Shown piece after piece: positions 11,543 to 22,449 of a DNA stretch of 64,000 nucleotides. The notes under the pieces were generated by a model. It worked only from the letters and a program-made list of their open reading frames with translations. It had not been told where the DNA came from and did not search any database. This DNA comes from Bacteroidales bacterium UBA1402 (GTDB lineage: Bacteria; Bacteroidota; Bacteroidia; Bacteroidales; UBA1402): NCBI GenBank assembly GCA_002305085.1, contig DBQE01000009.1:20835-84834 (forward strand). The letters run 5' to 3'. Each line of letters starts with the position of its first letter. The stretch's first letter is position 1. The position numbers and the translations under genes are program-made.

Positions 11543-11550
11543 TATCTTTG
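11543..11550 (+). promoter_or_regulatory. -7 promoter element (TATCTTTG)
   Basis: TAnnTTTG about 30 nt before ATG 11581. Confidence 0.6.
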
Positions 11551-11580
11551 CAGCCATATGTTTACAATCTTTATGTTTTT

Positions 11581-12393
11581 ATGAAACCGGCGAAAGTACT
11601 GTTCATCTGTCAAGAAATTATGCCTTATGTTCCCGAAACGGAACTTTCGTCCATCTGCCGCCGTTTACCTCAAATTGTTCAGGATAATGGTAATGAAATC
11701 AGGACTTTTATGCCTAAATACGGCTGTATAAACGAACGCAGAAACCAATTACACGAAGTAATCAGGTTGTCGGGCATGAACCTGATTATTGACGACAACG
11801 ATCATCCGCTGATTATCAAGGTCGCTTCCATCCAGGCGGCTCGTATGCAGGTTTATTTTATCGATAACGACGATTTTTTTCAACGCAAAGCCCTGGTTTG
11901 TGATGAATCGGGAGTTGATTTTGTTGATAACGACGAGAGGTCGATATTTTTTGTACGTGGAGTCATCGAAACAGTTAGAAAACTGCGCTGGACTCCCGAC
12001 ATTGTGCATTGCCACGGGTGGTTTTCAGCCCTAGCTCCCCTGTACATCAAAAAAGCTTTCGACGATGACCCCTATTTCAGAGAAGCCAAAGTAATTTATT
12101 CTATCTACGACGATGCTTTCGATAGCAACTTCCGGAAGCTTTTCAATCGCAAGTTGTTGCTGGAGGGCATAGAACAGGAAGACATAGAAGAAATCAAAAA
12201 TAAGACTGATTACGTTAATCTGTCGAAATTGGCCATTCGCCACGCTGACGGCATTATTCAGGCAAGCCAAAAAATCAACAGCAAAGTTAAGAAAGCAGCT
12301 GAAGAGTCGGGAAAGCCCTTTATGGTTGCCAACGAAAGTGAGGACTTCTCTGATTACGGCGAATTTTACGATCTTCTTTTAGAACAAGCCTAA
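11581..12393 (+). CDS. Glycogen/starch synthase catalytic-domain protein (short Bacteroidota GT5-like)
   Basis: QEIMPY, FMPKYG.INERRNQLHEVIRLSG, PDIVHCHGW; typical panC-divergent position before DUF4270. Confidence 0.88.
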   Translation: MKPAKVLFICQEIMPYVPETELSSICRRLPQIVQDNGNEIRTFMPKYGCINERRNQLHEVIRLSGMNLIIDDNDHPLIIKVASIQAARMQVYFIDNDDFFQRKALVCDESGVDFVDNDERSIFFVRGVIETVRKLRWTPDIVHCHGWFSALAPLYIKKAFDDDPYFREAKVIYSIYDDAFDSNFRKLFNRKLLLEGIEQEDIEEIKNKTDYVNLSKLAIRHADGIIQASQKINSKVKKAAEESGKPFMVANESEDFSDYGEFYDLLLEQA

Positions 12394-12394
12394 T

Positions 12395-13747
12395 ATGCCC
12401 AAGCATTTAATCCCCGGCGTGTTGGTCACGCTATTGTTTACAGCGTTATCGTGCACGGAAGGTCAGTATACCGGAGGCAGCATACAACCGCCCGGCGATG
12501 TTGTATCGACCGATACGGCCAGTTTCTTTTTAACCACGGAAACCGTAAAAGTCGATTCCATTCTCTACAAAAACAGTGTCGCTCTTTTGGGAGAGTTCAC
12601 CGATGCTTTTTTTGGAACTACCCGGGCGGAATTTTTGGCTCAGGTATATTGTCCCTTTAATTTTACCTTCGATGCAAGCATCCGGCAAATCGATTCTGCT
12701 TATTTGTATTTATATTACAACGATTGGTTTGGCGATTCCCTGGCCTTGATGGAGATGAGCGTATATGAACTTACAAAAGCCATAGACCATACGAAGCCTT
12801 ATTACACCAACATCAATACGGACGATTACTACGATAAATCGATAAAATTAGGTTCAATCAGTTATTCTACAGGAGAACCCTTTACCGATATTAAAACATC
12901 GAGCGATTATTCCTGCATCCGGGTTAATATAGATACGGCCTTTGCCGGGGAAATACTCCGGAAAAACAGGAATCACCCGGAGTTTTTTACCAATCCGAGA
13001 GTTTTTGCCGATTCAGTGCTTCACGGCATTGCTGTCAGCCCCAGTTTCGGGAACGGAAACCTGATGTACATCAAACACGCCGAATTTGAATTCTGCTATC
13101 GATACAGCTACACCGATACTATGGGTGTGGTGAAAGACACTACCGGAGCGTGCTACTTCCCGGTAACCAAAGAGGTAAGGCAAATAAACAAGTATCAGCA
13201 CCCCGATCTGGCCGGCTACCTGCCCTTGAACAGCGGCGACTCTCTGAATTATATTTTTTCACCCGCAGGCTTGTTTACACGTATTGAATTGCCCATTGAA
13301 GAAATTCTTTCCAGGCTCGAAGGGAAAAACATCAACAGTGCCAGAATAAAAGCGGTAGTCACCAATCTTGACAACAGCAAATGGGGGATGCTCCCACCCG
13401 ATAACCTCTTGCTCCTGAAAGAAGAAGACGTCCACGATTTTTTTGCCGGCTACAACAACGCCGATAAGCTTTACTCCTTTTTAGCGGACTACAATACCCG
13501 AAACGATCTTTTTTCTTTTGATTTAAGTTCTTTCCTGCAAAAAACCGTGCGCAACGATAGCAGCAGCTTTAGACCCTATAACAAGTTGCTGATGATTCCC
13601 GTGAGCAAGATTAGATTGAATAATGTCTCGACGAGTACGCTTTTTTTGGTTCAAAACATTTTGCCTAACGCAGCCAAGATTCGCAGCGCAACACATCCTC
13701 AAAAACCCATGAAACTTGAGATTGTTTACAGCAACAAAGTTGAGTGA
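12395..13747 (+). CDS. DUF4270 family lipoprotein
   Basis: Lipobox ALSC, LLG.F.D..FG.T.A.F..Q, IDSAYLYLYY..WFGDS, C-terminal KLEIVYS; conserved synteny. Confidence 0.8.
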   Translation: MPKHLIPGVLVTLLFTALSCTEGQYTGGSIQPPGDVVSTDTASFFLTTETVKVDSILYKNSVALLGEFTDAFFGTTRAEFLAQVYCPFNFTFDASIRQIDSAYLYLYYNDWFGDSLALMEMSVYELTKAIDHTKPYYTNINTDDYYDKSIKLGSISYSTGEPFTDIKTSSDYSCIRVNIDTAFAGEILRKNRNHPEFFTNPRVFADSVLHGIAVSPSFGNGNLMYIKHAEFEFCYRYSYTDTMGVVKDTTGACYFPVTKEVRQINKYQHPDLAGYLPLNSGDSLNYIFSPAGLFTRIELPIEEILSRLEGKNINSARIKAVVTNLDNSKWGMLPPDNLLLLKEEDVHDFFAGYNNADKLYSFLADYNTRNDLFSFDLSSFLQKTVRNDSSSFRPYNKLLMIPVSKIRLNNVSTSTLFLVQNILPNAAKIRSATHPQKPMKLEIVYSNKVE

Positions 13748-13749
13748 AA

Positions 13750-14217
13750 TTATAGATTGAAGGATAAAGGCAATAAACTTGCAACCGATTCTGCCACAGC
13801 CACTTCTTTTTCTCCGCAGAGCAACAGCCTGATTGCTGAGTTTTGCCGATGCTCGCTTTCGAGTAAAACCTGCCTGCAACTTCCGCAGGGACTGATTGGA
13901 TTTTCAGTGAAAATTCCTTCTTTGTTGGCCGCCACGGCTAAACTAAGAACTCTGTTTTGGGGATATGTCGCATTAGCATAAAACAGCACAACACGTTCAG
14001 CGCAAAGTCCCGAAGGATATGCGGCATTCTCCTGATTATTAGCCACCAATATTTCCCCATTGTCAAGCAACAATGCCGAGCCCACTTTAAATCCCGAATA
14101 GGGCGCATAAGCATCTAAACTGGCCTTTTTGGCAGCTTCAATCAATTCTTTTTCCTGCTTGCTCAATTCATCAAAGGAACAAAATGTTATATTTGTCTTG
14201 ATTTCTTTTTTGTACAT
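13750..14217 (-). CDS. cdd: Cytidine deaminase
   Basis: AYAPYS.FKVG, NQENAAYPSGLCAER, PCGSCRQ. Confidence 0.95.
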   Translation of the reverse strand: MYKKEIKTNITFCSFDELSKQEKELIEAAKKASLDAYAPYSGFKVGSALLLDNGEILVANNQENAAYPSGLCAERVVLFYANATYPQNRVLSLAVAANKEGIFTENPISPCGSCRQVLLESEHRQNSAIRLLLCGEKEVAVAESVASLLPLSFNL

Positions 14218-14259
14218 CTGGACTGATTTTTACGTCTTCAGCACAAAAATACCATTTCT

Positions 14260-15426
14260 ATGAGCAGATTTACATTTTTAACTTTATTTGTTTTAAGCTT
14301 TTTTTGTCTCCCTCTACAGGCACAGGAACGCTTGAAGCCTTATGAAGACTATATCCGAAAATACACCCCGCTGGCGATGACACAACAAGTCGTATACGGC
14401 ATACCTGCCAGCATAACTCTTGCGCAGGGCCTGCTGGAGTCGGGTGCAGGCAACAGCACCCTGGCAAAAAACAGCAATAATCACTTTGGGATAAAATGCC
14501 ACAACGACTGGAAAGGAAAAACCTATTCTCATTTTGATGACGGAGAAATGAGCTGCTTTAGAAAATATTCCAAGGTAGAAGAATCTTATAAAGATCACTC
14601 CATATTTCTGAGTGAGAGAGAGCGTTACGCCTTTTTATTTGATTTGAACATAAAAAACTACAAAGGCTGGGCCAGGGGTTTAAAGAAAGCCGGTTATGCC
14701 ACAGATCGCCATTACGATAAGAAACTGATAAAAATTATTGAACAGTACGATTTGAACAAGATAGATAAACTGGCACTCAACAAACGAAGGGCAAAAAAGC
14801 TTATCCGGAACTGGGATAAGGAATATCCCGAAGAAATTGCGAAGGCCGAAAAACCGTCCGTCCAAACGGGGTCAAAAACCAGAACTCAAAAGGAGAAATC
14901 ACCAAAGGTTGAAAAAAGCAGTAAAAAACAAGAACCCGCAATCGGCAAAAAAATCCAGCCTGCCGAAAAAGCCAAAGATTATAGCTACATTGCCGAAACC
15001 AGCAGAGAAAGACAAATTCAGCGCAACGAACGTAACGAACGCACCGACAACCTGCCCCACGTTATTAACGCCGTACAAAACCACACGATTTTATATAAGG
15101 GTCTGACACCGTATATCATTGCACAATACGGAGATAACTTCGACAATATCTCCGATGAATTCGGCTTAAGCCCTCAGCGCCTAAAAAAATGGAACGAATG
15201 GCCTCCAAGGTATAAAATTTCGGTAGGAGACATTGTCTTCCTGAGTAAAAAAGCTCAGTCATGGGACGGCGAAGACGGTGTCTATGTGGTTCGCGAAGGA
15301 GACAGCATGCACAGTATTTCACAACAGTTCGGACTTCGGGTAAGCGCGATTTACCAATTGAATGGAATGGAATTTGGCGAAAGTCTCGAGGTTGGTCAGG
15401 AATTAAAATTGAGGGCTCAGGAATAA
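14260..15426 (+). CDS. Glucosaminidase (GH73)-LysM peptidoglycan hydrolase
   Basis: IPASITLAQG.LESG, NNHFGIKC, GYATD..Y; C-terminal LysM domains. Confidence 0.9.
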   Translation: MSRFTFLTLFVLSFFCLPLQAQERLKPYEDYIRKYTPLAMTQQVVYGIPASITLAQGLLESGAGNSTLAKNSNNHFGIKCHNDWKGKTYSHFDDGEMSCFRKYSKVEESYKDHSIFLSERERYAFLFDLNIKNYKGWARGLKKAGYATDRHYDKKLIKIIEQYDLNKIDKLALNKRRAKKLIRNWDKEYPEEIAKAEKPSVQTGSKTRTQKEKSPKVEKSSKKQEPAIGKKIQPAEKAKDYSYIAETSRERQIQRNERNERTDNLPHVINAVQNHTILYKGLTPYIIAQYGDNFDNISDEFGLSPQRLKKWNEWPPRYKISVGDIVFLSKKAQSWDGEDGVYVVREGDSMHSISQQFGLRVSAIYQLNGMEFGESLEVGQELKLRAQE

Positions 15427-15445
15427 AAAATAGCAAAGCTTTTCA

Positions 15446-15453
15446 TACCTTTG
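15446..15453 (+). promoter_or_regulatory. -7 promoter element (TACCTTTG) for guaA
   Basis: TAnnTTTG about 30 nt upstream of ATG 15482. Confidence 0.6.
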
Positions 15454-15481
15454 CACTCCAAATAGTGTCAATTCCCCCATT

Positions 15482-17002
15482 ATGCAAGAAAAAATTGTCG
15501 TACTCGATTTCGGGTCTAAGACCACTCAACTTATTGCCAGGCGCATAAGAGAACTTAAAGCCTTTTGTGAAATCTATCCTTACAACAAATTCCCCGAAAA
15601 TACCGACGGTATTAAAGGGGTCATCCTATCGGGCAGCCCCTTTTCAGTTTACGACAAAAACGCCTTCGACTTTGATTTAAAATTGATAAGAAAGAAATTC
15701 CCTTTGCTGGGTATTTGTTACGGAGCCCAATTGATTGTCCACAAAGCCGGCGGGAAAATAGAGGCCTCCAAAAACAGAGAATATGGAAGGGCATTTTTTG
15801 AATCAGTCAACACCAACGATGTCTTGTTCAAGGGACTTAATCCCCTGGCTCCTGTTTGGATGTCGCAAGGGGATAATATCACCCAACTGCCCGCTGAATT
15901 CGAAAAAATCGCTCTGACCACGGATATTCCGGTTGCTGCGTTCAAAGCCCGGGGAGAAGCCACCTGGGGCGTTCAATTTCACCCCGAGGCGCTCCAAACC
16001 GAAGAAGGCAGTAAAATTCTGAGCAACTTTTTGGATCTTTGTAACTGTGCCCGAAACTGGACACCGGCTTCGTTTATCGAATCGACGGTGGTTGAATTGA
16101 AAAGAACCCTGGGAAACGATAAGGTGGTCTTAGGCTTGTCCGGCGGGGTAGATTCCTCTGTCACTGCCTTGCTGCTCAACAAAGCCATCGGCAAAAATCT
16201 TACCTGCATCTTTGTAGATCACGGGCTTTTACGCAAATACGAATTTGAAACGGTATTGAAAGATTATGAATCTTTCGGATTGAACGTGATCGGTGTAGAA
16301 GCCAAAGAAAAATTCTATCGCGAACTGGCAGGTGTCAGCGATCCCGAACAAAAAAGAAAAATCATAGGCAAAGGATTTATTGATGTTTTCGACGAAGAAG
16401 CCAAAAGGCTGGACAACATTCAATGGTTGGGACAAGGCACCATTTATCCGGATATTATCGAATCATTGTCCATTACAGGAACAACTATAAAAAGCCATCA
16501 TAACGTGGGCGGCTTGCCGGAAGTAATGAAACTTAAACTGGTTGAACCATTGAAACTTCTGTTCAAGGACGAAGTTCGCCGTGTCGGCGCCGCTTTGGGT
16601 ATGCCCAAAAGATTTATCGACAGACATCCCTTCCCGGGGCCCGGATTAGCTGTCCGCATTTTAGGTGATATTACACCCGAGAAAGTGCGTATCCTGCAAG
16701 ACGCCGATCATATTTTTATATCCCTTCTGCACGAGTGGGGTCTCTACGATAAAGTCTGGCAGGCATTGACAGTCTTGCTTCCTGTCCGCTCCGTGGGTAT
16801 CATGGGCGACGAACGCACCTACGAAAATGCAGTGGTTTTGCGGGCTGTTACTTCGACCGATGCCATGACCGCAGAATGGTCTCCATTGCCTTATGACTTT
16901 TTGGCAAAAGTATCTAACGACATCATAAACAAGGTAAAGGGCGTGAATCGCGTTACCTACGACATCAGTTCGAAACCCCCTGCTACCATTGAATGGGAAT
17001 AA
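15482..17002 (+). CDS. guaA: GMP synthase
   Basis: [43 protein letters not shown]. Confidence 0.96.
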   Translation: MQEKIVVLDFGSKTTQLIARRIRELKAFCEIYPYNKFPENTDGIKGVILSGSPFSVYDKNAFDFDLKLIRKKFPLLGICYGAQLIVHKAGGKIEASKNREYGRAFFESVNTNDVLFKGLNPLAPVWMSQGDNITQLPAEFEKIALTTDIPVAAFKARGEATWGVQFHPEALQTEEGSKILSNFLDLCNCARNWTPASFIESTVVELKRTLGNDKVVLGLSGGVDSSVTALLLNKAIGKNLTCIFVDHGLLRKYEFETVLKDYESFGLNVIGVEAKEKFYRELAGVSDPEQKRKIIGKGFIDVFDEEAKRLDNIQWLGQGTIYPDIIESLSITGTTIKSHHNVGGLPEVMKLKLVEPLKLLFKDEVRRVGAALGMPKRFIDRHPFPGPGLAVRILGDITPEKVRILQDADHIFISLLHEWGLYDKVWQALTVLLPVRSVGIMGDERTYENAVVLRAVTSTDAMTAEWSPLPYDFLAKVSNDIINKVKGVNRVTYDISSKPPATIEWE

Positions 17003-17005
17003 ACA

Positions 17006-17836
17006 TCAGGGGTTCATATTGATCAGACCGCCGTTACCGCTGCCCGTCATCGTAATTTTAGGATATCCCAGGTAATAAATATTACCGCTGCCGTTGACAA
17101 TAATGTTCAGTTCGTTGCTCACATTAATGTAAGCGCAACCTGAGCCGTTGACGCGGATGTCGTACCTTTTGGTAAACAAGTCGCTGGCTTCAAGTTTTCC
17201 GGTTCCCTCTATCCTAAGATCCACATAATCACATAGTCCGCTCAGGTTGATGCCACCCGAGCCGTCTATATCAATGTCCAGTTTTTCCGAGGAAATGCTA
17301 TCGACGGTGCAAACTCCGCTACCATCGATATCAATATTGGTTTGTCCGGATTTTACATACGGCGCATTGATTTTACCGGAACCGGAAATATCCATAGTAA
17401 GGTTCTCACATTCTGCAGACTCGTTGTAAATGATTTCTCCGGAGCCTGACAAGGATAAGGTGAGATTGCCGGAATGTAATTCATCAACGACCATTCTACC
17501 CGATCCGCTGAGTTCCGCAAATTTAAGCAAGGGAGTGGCCGCGTAAACTTTAATTGGCATATTGTTGGCTATCAACACATTGTTCTTTTTATCTACAACC
17601 AGCTTATTTCTAACAAATTTTGTTACTACGTATTGCAGAATATTCGATTCACACTCTACTTCCACTTTGCAACTATCAGCATAATATAAATACACTTCAA
17701 ATCCACCCCTTGAATCCACTTCGCTAAAAGAACCACTGGAACGCATTGCTTTAACAAGCACTCCATCGCCTTCGATTCTGGTGCATGAGCAAATCATACT
17801 CATGATAAAAATGATGGCACCTAAATACTTTAACAT
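17006..17836 (-). CDS. DUF2807 / head-GIN domain lipoprotein (putative adhesin-like beta-helix)
   Basis: Lipobox CSC, many (S/D/N)GSG repeats, C-terminal GSGNIYYLGYP. Confidence 0.85.
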   Translation of the reverse strand: MLKYLGAIIFIMSMICSCTRIEGDGVLVKAMRSSGSFSEVDSRGGFEVYLYYADSCKVEVECESNILQYVVTKFVRNKLVVDKKNNVLIANNMPIKVYAATPLLKFAELSGSGRMVVDELHSGNLTLSLSGSGEIIYNESAECENLTMDISGSGKINAPYVKSGQTNIDIDGSGVCTVDSISSEKLDIDIDGSGGINLSGLCDYVDLRIEGTGKLEASDLFTKRYDIRVNGSGCAYINVSNELNIIVNGSGNIYYLGYPKITMTGSGNGGLINMNP

Positions 17837-17889
17837 AAGATTTCGTGTATTAATAAATGTAGCCTCCTTTAAAAGAAACGTTGTCCGGG

Positions 17890-20790
17890 TTAATACCCGA
17901 ACAACGTTTCCAATTCTAATTTAGTTACCGGTCCATACTGAGCTAAGTTATCGAAATCCACCTCTTTTTCATCACCCAGCACGCAATAGCTGTAGGAGCG
18001 GTTTTTAATCCATTGTTGCTGGAAGTTTTTAAGGTCTTCCAGATTGAGATCGGTCAGACTTTCATATAAATATTTGCGGGAATCTTCTTCCAATCCGTAA
18101 TCAAGGGCATCCAGATAAGCCCAGAGTATGTTGGAACGTAAAATCCTTTCGGTGCGCAGTCTGGAAAAAAGACCGTCTTTGGCAAGTTTGAAGGCGGCTT
18201 CCGATTCGGGCATATCTTCGATAATTTGATTGAAGGCTTGCAAAGCATCGTCCATTTTGTCGGTTTGCGTTGCAATGACGCTAACCATGGAATAGGGGCG
18301 GCCGGCCCTGGACGGAGTCACATAAGCAGCGGCGGCCATGTAAGCCAGACCTCTGGCTTCGCGCATTTCCTGAAATACTATGGAGTTCATGCCTCCGCCA
18401 AAATATTCATTATACAAAGTGGTCAAAGGTTCCTTTTGCAGATCAAATACTTCCCCATTATTGGAATACATAGACAAATAGAGCTGTTTGGCATTGTATT
18501 GGGCAAATAAGACCTGGTTGTTCTCTGTCAATAAATAGGGGAATTCTTTGGGGACCGGCAATTCAAACAATGTCTCCGGTACCAGGTGTTTTTCTTTTAA
18601 TACACTTGTCAATTGTTCTTTTGAATCCGGACCATAATACAATACTTTGTGACTATAGGAGGTCAGTTTATTTAAAACTTCGATTAATTCTTCGGGTTTA
18701 AGATTTAACAGCTCCTGATCACTTAAAACATTCGTGGCCGGGGAGCCGGGTCCGTAAACAGCGTAATTGCGCAACATGTTGAAAATACGGCTTTGGCTCA
18801 ACTTGGCATTGCCCCTGCTTTTTAGGACATCCTGGATCATGTTGTCAAATGCCTGTTGATTGACCTGAGCATCAAACAGTAATTTTTCAAGTAAATTCAA
18901 TGCTTCGGGCATATTTTCTCCCAGTCCCGTCAGTCGAATCTGTGCTTTTTCGGAACCGACAGACAAATTGTAAGAACAGGCCATTTTGTAGAACTCGCTT
19001 TTAATTTGTTCTGCGGTAAATTCGGAAGTACCCAAATAATTCAAATACGAAAAAGCCAAACTCAATAATTTGTTGGTATTGGTACCCATATCAAACCAAT
19101 AAGTCAATTCAAAAAGATCATCGGTTTGATTTTGGATGTATAACACAGGAAGGTCGGCTTGTACCATGAAACGCGAAAAATCTTTTTTGAAATCCAAAAA
19201 GACGGGCTGTATGGGTTTTACTATCGTCTGCTGAATCTCTTTCAGGAAAGCACTGACGGTATCCCGGTTGGTCAGAATGGGAGTGATTTCGGGTTTTGCA
19301 ATCTTTTTTTCGTTTGGGTCGATTCCCTGCCGTTTGTAGACTAAAGCATAGCCATCGTTGAACCATTTATTGGCAAAAGCCACCACGTCTTCTTTGCTGA
19401 TCTTGCTCAGATCATCCATCCGTTTAACTTCGTCCGCCCAATCCAACTCATTAATAAAGGCTCTGACATACATATCGGCGCGGCCGTTGTTGCTTTGCAT
19501 TTCTCTGATTCTACTCAACTTTAAATTATTGATACTGGCCTCAAGCAAATAATCATCGAAGGCTCCGGCTTTCAATTTGGCCATTTCTTCCAATAACAAA
19601 TCTTTGACTTCTTCGAGGCTCTGCCCTTCTTTGGGCCTGCCCTGTATGACATAAGCGCTGTAATCGGCCATCTCATAAGCTCCGGAAAAGGCGTTCAGCA
19701 CTTTCTGTTGCTGGATAAGGTCCAGGTCGATTAAACCGGCTTTGCCGTTGCTTAAAATCATATCGGTCAGGGTAAGCAGATTGAACTCTTCGTCACCAAT
19801 GCCCACACAACCCCAGCCTAAGGTGACGTTTTCGGCATCGTTACCCAAAACCTCACAAACAACCGGCTCACTCAAGACCTTCCCCTCTTCATATTCCAGT
19901 TCAGGTATGGAAACGGCAGGCTTCATCTCTCCAAAATATTTTTTTATCACCTGAATCATTTCTTTGGGATTGAAATCTCCCGAAAGACAAATGGCCATGT
20001 TGTTAGGCACATAATAAGTGCTGTAATAATTCTTGATGTTGGTAATAGAGGGGTTTTTCAAGTGTTCCTGGGTACCGAGCACTGTTTGGGTACCGTAGGG
20101 ATGGTGCGGAAAAAGTATGGCTAATACCTTCTCGTACACTTTACGGGAATCGTTGGTCAAGGACATGTTTTTTTCTTCATAAACGGTTTCCAGTTCTGTA
20201 TGAAAACCACGAATCACATTGTTTTGAAAACGGTCTGCCTGGATTTTTGCCCAATTCTCAATTTGATTTGAAGGAATATCCTCGGTATAAACAGTCATAT
20301 CAAAGCCCGTATAGGCATTGGTTCCCGAAGCGCCAATGGCTGTCATGAGTTTGTCATACTCGTTGGGAATAAATAACTTGGAGGCTTCATAAGAAAGGCT
20401 GTCGATTGTTTTGTAAATAGCTTTGCGTTCTGCCTCGTCAGTCTTAGACCTGTATTCTTCGAACAGGGCTTCAATCCGGTCAAGTATCGGTTTTTCCAGT
20501 TCGTAGTTCATGGTCCCGAACTGCTTGCTGCCTTTAAACATGAGGTGTTCAAAATAGTGGGCCAAACCTGTGGTTTCGGCAGGATCGTTCTTTGCTCCCA
20601 CTTTGACTGCGATATAAGTTTGTATACGAGGCTCGTCTTTATTTACGGTCATATACACTTTAAGGCCGTTGTCCAAGGTGTATATTCTGGTATTCATAGG
20701 ATCTCCGGGTACACATTCATAACCCCGATCGCATGCGCTGAAAAGCAAGATTAACAGCCAAGCCAGACTTAAAAATTTGATTGTTTTCAT
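17890..20790 (-). CDS. M16 (insulinase) family zinc protease, lipoprotein
   Basis: Lipobox FSAC, YTLDNGL, GLAHYFEHLMFKG (HxxEH), REARGLAY; -7 box on the minus strand at 20827-20834 favours ATG 20790. Confidence 0.92.
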   Translation of the reverse strand: MKTIKFLSLAWLLILLFSACDRGYECVPGDPMNTRIYTLDNGLKVYMTVNKDEPRIQTYIAVKVGAKNDPAETTGLAHYFEHLMFKGSKQFGTMNYELEKPILDRIEALFEEYRSKTDEAERKAIYKTIDSLSYEASKLFIPNEYDKLMTAIGASGTNAYTGFDMTVYTEDIPSNQIENWAKIQADRFQNNVIRGFHTELETVYEEKNMSLTNDSRKVYEKVLAILFPHHPYGTQTVLGTQEHLKNPSITNIKNYYSTYYVPNNMAICLSGDFNPKEMIQVIKKYFGEMKPAVSIPELEYEEGKVLSEPVVCEVLGNDAENVTLGWGCVGIGDEEFNLLTLTDMILSNGKAGLIDLDLIQQQKVLNAFSGAYEMADYSAYVIQGRPKEGQSLEEVKDLLLEEMAKLKAGAFDDYLLEASINNLKLSRIREMQSNNGRADMYVRAFINELDWADEVKRMDDLSKISKEDVVAFANKWFNDGYALVYKRQGIDPNEKKIAKPEITPILTNRDTVSAFLKEIQQTIVKPIQPVFLDFKKDFSRFMVQADLPVLYIQNQTDDLFELTYWFDMGTNTNKLLSLAFSYLNYLGTSEFTAEQIKSEFYKMACSYNLSVGSEKAQIRLTGLGENMPEALNLLEKLLFDAQVNQQAFDNMIQDVLKSRGNAKLSQSRIFNMLRNYAVYGPGSPATNVLSDQELLNLKPEELIEVLNKLTSYSHKVLYYGPDSKEQLTSVLKEKHLVPETLFELPVPKEFPYLLTENNQVLFAQYNAKQLYLSMYSNNGEVFDLQKEPLTTLYNEYFGGGMNSIVFQEMREARGLAYMAAAAYVTPSRAGRPYSMVSVIATQTDKMDDALQAFNQIIEDMPESEAAFKLAKDGLFSRLRTERILRSNILWAYLDALDYGLEEDSRKYLYESLTDLNLEDLKNFQQQWIKNRSYSYCVLGDEKEVDFDNLAQYGPVTKLELETLFGY

Positions 20791-20881
20791 AAGAACAGTA
20801 TTTACGGGTATTAGCTTATATTGTGCCAAAAGTAATGTTTTTTTTCGTTCCTTTGCATAGATTATTTAATTCTTTGGTTGA

Positions 20882-22165
20882 ATGAAATTCGAAGAACTCG
20901 ATTTAGAAGAAGAACTCCTTGACGGATTGTGGGCTATGAATTTTCGGGAATGCACGCCGGTGCAGGAATTGGCTATTCCTGTTTTGCTCGAGGGCAATGA
21001 TTTAATCGGTTGCGCTCAAACGGGTACCGGTAAGACAGCCGCTTATCTTCTGCCGATTCTAAATAATCTTGTGTTGGACAAACATGCACACGATGCCATC
21101 CGGGCTGTGATTATGGTGCCTACCAGAGAATTAGCCCAGCAAATAGATCAACAAGTGGAAGGTTTTGCTTATTATTTACCGGTGTCGTCCATTGCCGTTT
21201 ACGGCGGAAACGACGGCATGGTGTGGGAGCAACAGAAAAAAAGTCTGGATATGGGCGTCGACATCGTTATTGCTACTCCGGGACGTTTGCTTTCGTATAT
21301 AAAATTGGGATTGATCGACCTGAGTCAGGTTAAATACTTTATCCTCGACGAAGCCGACCGCATGCTCGACATGGGATTCATCGACGACATAATGCTTATT
21401 ATCAAAGAATTGCCTACCAAACGACAAACCATGTTGTTTTCGGCAACCATGCCTTCAAAAATCAGAGAACTGGCAAAAAAAATAATGTATCAGCCCAAAG
21501 AAATAAGGCTAGCCGTCTCCAAACCCAACGAAAACATCGATCAATCGGTCTACATTTGCTATGAACGACAAAAACCTGAATTGGTTAATATCTTGTTTAG
21601 TTCTATGCAAACAGGCGAAAAAGTACTCATCTTTGCCTCTTCCAAAATCAAAGTAAAAGAAGTTCGCCGCATTCTGAAACGTCTGAATCTTTCCGTTATC
21701 GAAATGCATTCCGATTTAGAGCAAGCCGAGAGAGAAAAGGTGATGCTCAGTTTCAAAACCGGCAAAGTCAATATTCTGGTAGCAACCGACATTGTCTCCC
21801 GGGGAATAGATATTGATGACATTGCCCTGGTAATTAACTACGATGTCCCCCACGACCCGGAAGACTACGTTCACCGCATCGGACGTACTGCCCGCGCAGG
21901 CGAAAAAGGCAGAGCTGTTACCTTTGTTTCCGAACAGGACCAATACAAGTTCCTGCAAATTGAGCGCTTTCTGGAAAAAGAAGTGGTAAAAAATACGCTC
22001 CCGGGAAAATTAGGCGAAGGACCTCCCTATCAACCGCAAAAAGCCAGGCGAAGCCGGTTTGTTAACAAAGTGAAGTCCGAAAACAAAAAAGCGACGACAC
22101 GAGGCAGGAACAAAAAAAGCGGGCCCCGTAAACCTTTTAAGGGAGGAACCCGCTCTAAAACCTAA
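20882..22165 (+). CDS. DEAD-box RNA helicase
   Basis: AQTGTGKT, PTRELA, DEAD, SAT, HRIGRTAR; basic C-terminal tail. Confidence 0.96.
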   Translation: MKFEELDLEEELLDGLWAMNFRECTPVQELAIPVLLEGNDLIGCAQTGTGKTAAYLLPILNNLVLDKHAHDAIRAVIMVPTRELAQQIDQQVEGFAYYLPVSSIAVYGGNDGMVWEQQKKSLDMGVDIVIATPGRLLSYIKLGLIDLSQVKYFILDEADRMLDMGFIDDIMLIIKELPTKRQTMLFSATMPSKIRELAKKIMYQPKEIRLAVSKPNENIDQSVYICYERQKPELVNILFSSMQTGEKVLIFASSKIKVKEVRRILKRLNLSVIEMHSDLEQAEREKVMLSFKTGKVNILVATDIVSRGIDIDDIALVINYDVPHDPEDYVHRIGRTARAGEKGRAVTFVSEQDQYKFLQIERFLEKEVVKNTLPGKLGEGPPYQPQKARRSRFVNKVKSENKKATTRGRNKKSGPRKPFKGGTRSKT

Positions 22166-22182
22166 ATAATAATACCTTCCGC

Positions 22183-22431
22183 TTAGCTTTCTTCCTCACT
22201 AAAGGCTTCCGGAATCTGATCGATCAAAGATGAGGCCTTTTCAATATCCTCTTCCATTACGTGCAATAACACTGTAGAGCTAGCCGAAAAAAATCCGGGT
22301 GTAAACACACTGGTTTCGTTGCTCAAAAAACAGGCTATCCCGTTAGATTCGAGCATACTTCTAACAATGTTGGCTTCAGTGGCGGTATTATACCCCCTTA
22401 GCACCACCGATTTTCGCTGATCTTTTTTCAT
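22183..22431 (-). CDS. DUF2007 domain protein (putative signal transducing protein)
   Basis: EA.IV.SMLESNGI.CF...E and L.V.EED.EKA pattern. Confidence 0.8.
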   Translation of the reverse strand: MKKDQRKSVVLRGYNTATEANIVRSMLESNGIACFLSNETSVFTPGFFSASSTVLLHVMEEDIEKASSLIDQIPEAFSEEES

Positions 22432-22449
22432 TATTCTGGATTTAATGTC

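Noticed and set aside
17006..17560. Repetitive GSG-coding DNA as a possible repeat array
   Set aside because: These are protein-level DUF2807 beta-helix repeats, not CRISPR or a tandem DNA repeat.
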